This document shows, in pieces, positions 59,443 through 64,000 of a stretch of DNA of 64,000 nucleotides. Both the position numbers and the translations under genes were made by a program. Source of the DNA: Tetramitus jugosus (Eukaryota > Protista > Heterolobosea); NCBI GenBank assembly GCA_937625935.1, contig OW569357.1, positions 372,001-436,000 on the forward strand. The letters run 5' to 3'. Below the pieces are notes generated by a model. The model saw only the letters and a list, made by a program, of their open reading frames with translations, ran no database searches and was not told the DNA's origin. How positions within the stretch are numbered: position 1 is the stretch's first letter; the number at the start of each line of letters is the position of its first letter.

Positions 59443-62091
59443 TTAGCTTTGATGTGATTTGTCGGTGGCCTTTGCTTTTTGCTGCTCTAGAGCGAGTTGC
59501 ATACTCCAGATAGACAAAGGTCTCATGTATCCCAGAGAACGATAGGCACCTGTTTCATCGTACGCTTCAGGCGTCTGGAACCAGAATCCAAGTTTCATGC
59601 AAGTTTCGAAGACACCTCGTGCAGTTTCCATACCCTCGTCGATCATTCCTTCTTGTATCATGCATGATGCTAATAAATATGCTGTACCAGTCCACACTTC
59701 CTTGCACTGCAACAGAGACATATCAATTTGTCCATCTGGCCTCATACCATTCACAGCACCTCCTCTACCGGTGATCTCTCTGTACTTTCGCACATTGAAA
59801 TCATAAATTGTGTGCAGTGCTGTCAGAATTCTCTCCTGCTTCAATATGTTTGGCAGTTGGCAGGCACGCAAAAATGTGTGACCGCACAATTGATCACTCA
59901 TAATTGTATCACTTCTGTAGGCGCTGTCTTTGCCGGCGTTGGCATCATAATTGTAATATCCGTTTGGATTCCACAACTTTTGTTCAAAGGAAGCGGTAGC
60001 TGCTGTACAAATATCCAAGAATCGCTTTTCGTTTTCTTGATCTCCTGCAATTCCGGCCATGTGATGTGCACATAAGAGAGCTGAGATCCACAAGCCACCA
60101 CAAAAGGCAGATGGACTGGTGCAGACCCAGGCATCATATGTCGAGTCAGGGAATCCTTCGTTCTCGATCAAACCATCACCGTCCTTGTCAAAGTGTAGCA
60201 AGTGATAGTTAATCACTTGAACAACGGCCGGGTAGACCTCCTTCAAGAATTCAAGGTTTTGTGTGACTTGGTAGTCTCTGAACACTGTCAGGACAAACAT
60301 GCAATTCAAATCCTTCCAACGGTTCGTGTCTTGAATATGGTAGGAATTGACAAGGAAAAATGGATTCTCTGAAGTGGTTCCCAGATCATGTGGCACACAG
60401 TTCTTTACCTTACGCTTCGATCGAACACCAGATCCACACCACTTGTACATCTCGTCATGCTCAAAGGAAATCGCCTTATTGTAATCTCTCTGAATTGTTA
60501 GTTGAATTTCTGGCCAGTTCATAATCAGCGCATAACTTGCATAGAAATGAACATCATATGTTGTGAACATCACATATTCATGACCTTCCAAATAGCTAAA
60601 GTGTTGTTCGTTGGCATCGAATGTACCATCAGGTTGAATTGCACCACCGTTTGTCCACACGGTACCTCCATCAACTACATAGTACAACTCATGGAACAAC
60701 GCTGACTTGTACCAATCCGGTAATGATTCATCACGTAGGATAGGATCCTGCCACTCATGAATCATTTCTTCCCACTGAGCATAATTATTGAGAGCGTCAG
60801 TCGCAATTGTTTGTGCAACAGGAGCAATATCCTCTGCAGGTGAAGCCACTGGTGGATAATAGAGTGTGTATCTCTTGTAGAAACTGGACTGACCGAAACG
60901 AGTGATTGGCAAATCCCATGATAGCGAAAACACTGCTTCATCAGACTCACCAGGTCCCAAATTCAATTCGATGCACACTGCAGATCCAATGGTATAACCA
61001 GGGTTAGTGCTAATCGCATCGTTGCATGCATCGACTGGCATCAATCGACCATTCTTTGAGAATTGAGACCACAACTTTGCATTGCTACTAGGGTTCATTG
61101 GATAGAAGGCAGGGGAGATTGTGACATTCTTGTTTCCGGCAACAGAGAAAACAAGCTCATCACTCACTGCGTCATCACTCTCCACTTGAGCTCTCGTATA
61201 AGTCAATGTTTGGTGCATGTTGACACCACTGTGGAAAGCCTTGTTCCACTGAGAGCCATTCTTGTCGCATGAATCTTCGCCCGAGCTATTCTCAAATGTA
61301 AACATGAGTGATACACGTGCTGGACTGGTCTCGGACAAATTCTTTACATTCCATTTGAAGCACGTGACAGGATATGAGCTCTCTCTGTAATTGTGAGCCA
61401 CAACTGGAGAGAATTGCTTGCAAACGAGCTCAATCTGTTGTGAAGGACAATGATAATGGTTGTAGCTGCACGGGAAAACACTCGTAAAGCTTCCGGTCAT
61501 GTCATGGAAAGGTTTCTCATCAGCAGCGCCTTGTTGTTGCTGTTGATAATCAGACCACCAATTCCACGAAGGGAACGCAGCTTTTCTCGTTGATTGGTCC
61601 TGGTTGGAATAATTGAGCACAATGGCAGCTGAAGAACCCTTTGCGTCACTATCAGAGCTACTACTCTCTGCATTTGTGGTTGTTGGTCTCTCTACAAACA
61701 ATGAAAATTGATTGGCATGAACAATCTTGTTATGATATTGACCGCATTTGAGACCCCAACGTGAAAAATCCCCTTGCCAGCTTCTTGTAATCGAACCTGT
61801 TCCAATGCCACCCAGAGGAGGTCCCTTCTGCTCTGCAGGACAGATATTGTGAACAAATGGATCAAAAGTGGGCAATTTTCCCTCCCATAACTTATGTTTG
61901 AGATAGTAACCAGTGAAGAAACGAACACCTAAGCCAGCAAAGTGAAAAATATCACGAAAAGGAACAGTGAAGGCAGTTAGCTTTGGAGTAGATTGATCCT
62001 TGATGTCTCTGGTCCATCCTTGAGTCGGAACGAGGTCAGAGCTTTGTGAGGATGATGATGGGTCATCGTTGGTATCCTTATTGTCAGTCAT
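59443..62091 (-). CDS. GBA2: Non-lysosomal glucosylceramidase (GH116)
   Basis: GPPLGGIGTGSI, HNYRESSYP, WYKSALFHELYYVVDGGTVW, YLEGHEY..TYDVHFYAS, VPHDLG, WKDLN, FQTPEA, RSLGYMRPLSIW. Confidence 0.95.
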   Translation of the reverse strand: MTDNKDTNDDPSSSSQSSDLVPTQGWTRDIKDQSTPKLTAFTVPFRDIFHFAGLGVRFFTGYYLKHKLWEGKLPTFDPFVHNICPAEQKGPPLGGIGTGSITRSWQGDFSRWGLKCGQYHNKIVHANQFSLFVERPTTTNAESSSSDSDAKGSSAAIVLNYSNQDQSTRKAAFPSWNWWSDYQQQQQGAADEKPFHDMTGSFTSVFPCSYNHYHCPSQQIELVCKQFSPVVAHNYRESSYPVTCFKWNVKNLSETSPARVSLMFTFENSSGEDSCDKNGSQWNKAFHSGVNMHQTLTYTRAQVESDDAVSDELVFSVAGNKNVTISPAFYPMNPSSNAKLWSQFSKNGRLMPVDACNDAISTNPGYTIGSAVCIELNLGPGESDEAVFSLSWDLPITRFGQSSFYKRYTLYYPPVASPAEDIAPVAQTIATDALNNYAQWEEMIHEWQDPILRDESLPDWYKSALFHELYYVVDGGTVWTNGGAIQPDGTFDANEQHFSYLEGHEYVMFTTYDVHFYASYALIMNWPEIQLTIQRDYNKAISFEHDEMYKWCGSGVRSKRKVKNCVPHDLGTTSENPFFLVNSYHIQDTNRWKDLNCMFVLTVFRDYQVTQNLEFLKEVYPAVVQVINYHLLHFDKDGDGLIENEGFPDSTYDAWVCTSPSAFCGGLWISALLCAHHMAGIAGDQENEKRFLDICTAATASFEQKLWNPNGYYNYDANAGKDSAYRSDTIMSDQLCGHTFLRACQLPNILKQERILTALHTIYDFNVRKYREITGRGGAVNGMRPDGQIDMSLLQCKEVWTGTAYLLASCMIQEGMIDEGMETARGVFETCMKLGFWFQTPEAYDETGAYRSLGYMRPLSIWSMQLALEQQKAKATDKSHQS

Positions 62092-62448
62092 TTTGTTGTG
62101 TAGGTGATTTGTTTGTTGCTAAGAAAGCTCGATCACGGGATTTTTTTTCAGTGTTTGATTCGGAGAAAGGCGAGACATAGGCTTAATTCGGAGCTCACAA
62201 GATTCATGCTAAATTCAATGCGTCATGTCCTTCTGATGGTTCTCAGAGTTGCATGTCATGATTGATAGTGGACATCACAATTCATGTGGTGAATTGCATA
62301 TTTGGTTACACAAGGTGCATGACGTGCTTGTTTTTGACAAGTGTCCCAAAGTGCCATTAAAAAAAGCTGAGTTCAAAAACTGTTCGTGAACTTGTGGGAA
62401 CAGAAATTGAACGAACAATAAAAGAACAGAACCGGAGCAAAACAAAGA

Positions 62449-64000
62449 ATGAACGACATGGAAACCACCAACAATGACAGTGACACTCTCTTCGAGGTTT
62501 CTTTTTCTCTACCAGAGGAAATATATGTCAACATATTTTCCTTCTTGGAGCCATCTGATCTTTCTCTTGGCGTCTCTCTTGTCTCACACTCGTGGAATTA
62601 CTTTTCCAGTTCCGATTTGCTTTGGCGCCCTTTGTTTTACAGAAAATTTGGCGCCAGAGGTCTTTCAAAAGTTTTAGCGGTGAAGCTTTCACCAGAGAGT
62701 GATGGTCATTATCATGAGCTCCAACACGAACAAGAAGAAGAAGAAACTGAAGTGGAGGCAGAGCAGGTCTCTCACGACAAGTATGACTGGAAGGGCTTGT
62801 ATCGATACAAGAGCTCTATGGACCAAGTGTGGTACGGGAACAGCAACAAGCATCCTCGTGTGTCAAAGCTAAGAGTTCAACCTCCAGCATCTTACGTGTC
62901 TTCCCCAACTCTGGCCAATCAGAGAGCTAATGACTCTACAAGTTTCTTTGGTTATAACAGTATGAAGGGATTGCGCTGTGGTCCAAACCTGAGTGACCTT
63001 TGTGTGTTTACGAGCGTAGGAAAAGAAATTGTTCGCCGTACGTTCAACATGGATCAATGGACTAATCAACGTGTGCACAATGATGACGACGAAGAAGATG
63101 TTCAAGATTCTGCTGCTGTTGATACAAATGATGCGAGTGGAGTTGAGGTTGTTGATGCAGATGTAGTGTTCCCTGTCCAGTCACAGTTTACTTGGTCCAT
63201 TGACTACAATCCGATACGTTTCGGAAATCGAATGATCAGTGGAGGCATTGAGAACTGTCTTCGAGTGTGGAATGCCGATAGTGGTGAACTAATGCACGGT
63301 ATTGAAGTACAGAAATGTGGTATTTGGAGCAATCGAATTTTGGACAGCTCTCATGTCGTTGCCGGATTCAGTGACAATCTCGTAAAGGTGTTCGATGTAA
63401 ATAATGCAAGTCAACCTGTTGCAGTCTATACTGAAAATGAAGCGTCGGTTTATGATGTGGACTGTGACTCTGAACTACCAGAGACTAATCTATTTGTTAC
63501 TGGTTCCTCGGACAAATCAGTTCGAGTATTTGACATTCGCGTCCCCAACGAGAGTGTTATCAAACTGAAAGACCTACCCGATGCCATCTACGAATTGGAA
63601 TGCAGTCAGATGGCAAATGATAATATTGTTATCGCGGGAACAAATCGTGGTAGTATTCTAATGATTGATATTCGAATGGCTAGCAATGAAGACTCTGCTA
63701 ACACTGCCAGTCTGGTTTGCAATTTCCCACTGGCATATGGAAGTGCAATCAGACAGATGAGTTACAATGGAAAGAGATTAGTCGTGTGTTTATCATATGG
63801 TACGGTTGTAGTAACAACAGACCGGAGTGTTGAGGTTAACTTTACTCCCCAGGAGTTAAGTGAGCTTTACAGGAATCACATTGATGTACAACAGATAGCC
63901 CTCACACCAAATTTACCATTCAGAGTCACAAATATGTTCACAGATCGTGAAAGCATGTGCATGTATGCAGATGATGAAGTAATGATGGTGGGAACGAGTG
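62449..64000 (+). CDS. F-box/WD40-repeat protein, 3' end outside window (absent from the ORF track because it has no stop in the window)
   Basis: ATG at 62449; F-box LPEEIYVNIFSFLEPSDL..VSLVSHSW..DLLWR; WD40 units ISGGIENCLRVWN, AGFSDNLVKVFD and VTGSSDKSVRVFD. Confidence 0.9.
   Translation, partial: MNDMETTNNDSDTLFEVSFSLPEEIYVNIFSFLEPSDLSLGVSLVSHSWNYFSSSDLLWRPLFYRKFGARGLSKVLAVKLSPESDGHYHELQHEQEEEETEVEAEQVSHDKYDWKGLYRYKSSMDQVWYGNSNKHPRVSKLRVQPPASYVSSPTLANQRANDSTSFFGYNSMKGLRCGPNLSDLCVFTSVGKEIVRRTFNMDQWTNQRVHNDDDEEDVQDSAAVDTNDASGVEVVDADVVFPVQSQFTWSIDYNPIRFGNRMISGGIENCLRVWNADSGELMHGIEVQKCGIWSNRILDSSHVVAGFSDNLVKVFDVNNASQPVAVYTENEASVYDVDCDSELPETNLFVTGSSDKSVRVFDIRVPNESVIKLKDLPDAIYELECSQMANDNIVIAGTNRGSILMIDIRMASNEDSANTASLVCNFPLAYGSAIRQMSYNGKRLVVCLSYGTVVVTTDRSVEVNFTPQELSELYRNHIDVQQIALTPNLPFRVTNMFTDRESMCMYADDEVMMVGTS

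Overview
Gene-dense eukaryotic nuclear DNA with standard genetic code, short GT-AG spliceosomal introns (about 60-150 nt), very short intergenic spacers and many poly-N/S/Q/T coding tracts. The gene content (bacterial-type glucokinase, several G-alpha paralogs, CDKL5 and CFAP92-like flagellar genes, protozoan-type SRP RNA) suggests a free-living protist, most plausibly a heterolobosean/discobid amoeboflagellate; this is inference, not a database result. About 26 protein genes are supported, plus tRNA-Ile(UAU, intron-containing), tRNA-Ser(GCU) and an SRP (7SL) RNA gene hidden under a spurious ORF extension. The most striking structure is a 798-bp 5'-truncated non-LTR retrotransposon copy (31957-32754). 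It has a CCHC-containing ORF2 C-terminus, twin stem-loops in its 3' UTR, an A19 tail and a perfect 10-bp target-site duplication. It sits head-to-head 49 bp upstream of tRNA-Ser, the geometry of Dictyostelium TRE5 elements, which points to a tRNA-targeting LINE family in an apparently unrelated lineage. Other notable items: a G-alpha-BTB-BTB-F-box fusion, a pseudo-kinesin-MORN fusion, a duplicated PPC-repeat receptor with an M6PR/Atg27-like tail, a membrane-anchored SPP/PqqL-like M16 protease, an intron-containing bacterial-type C39 peptidase and a 13-nt leader shared by both tRNA genes. All protein identifications are from motif recognition by eye; no searches were run.
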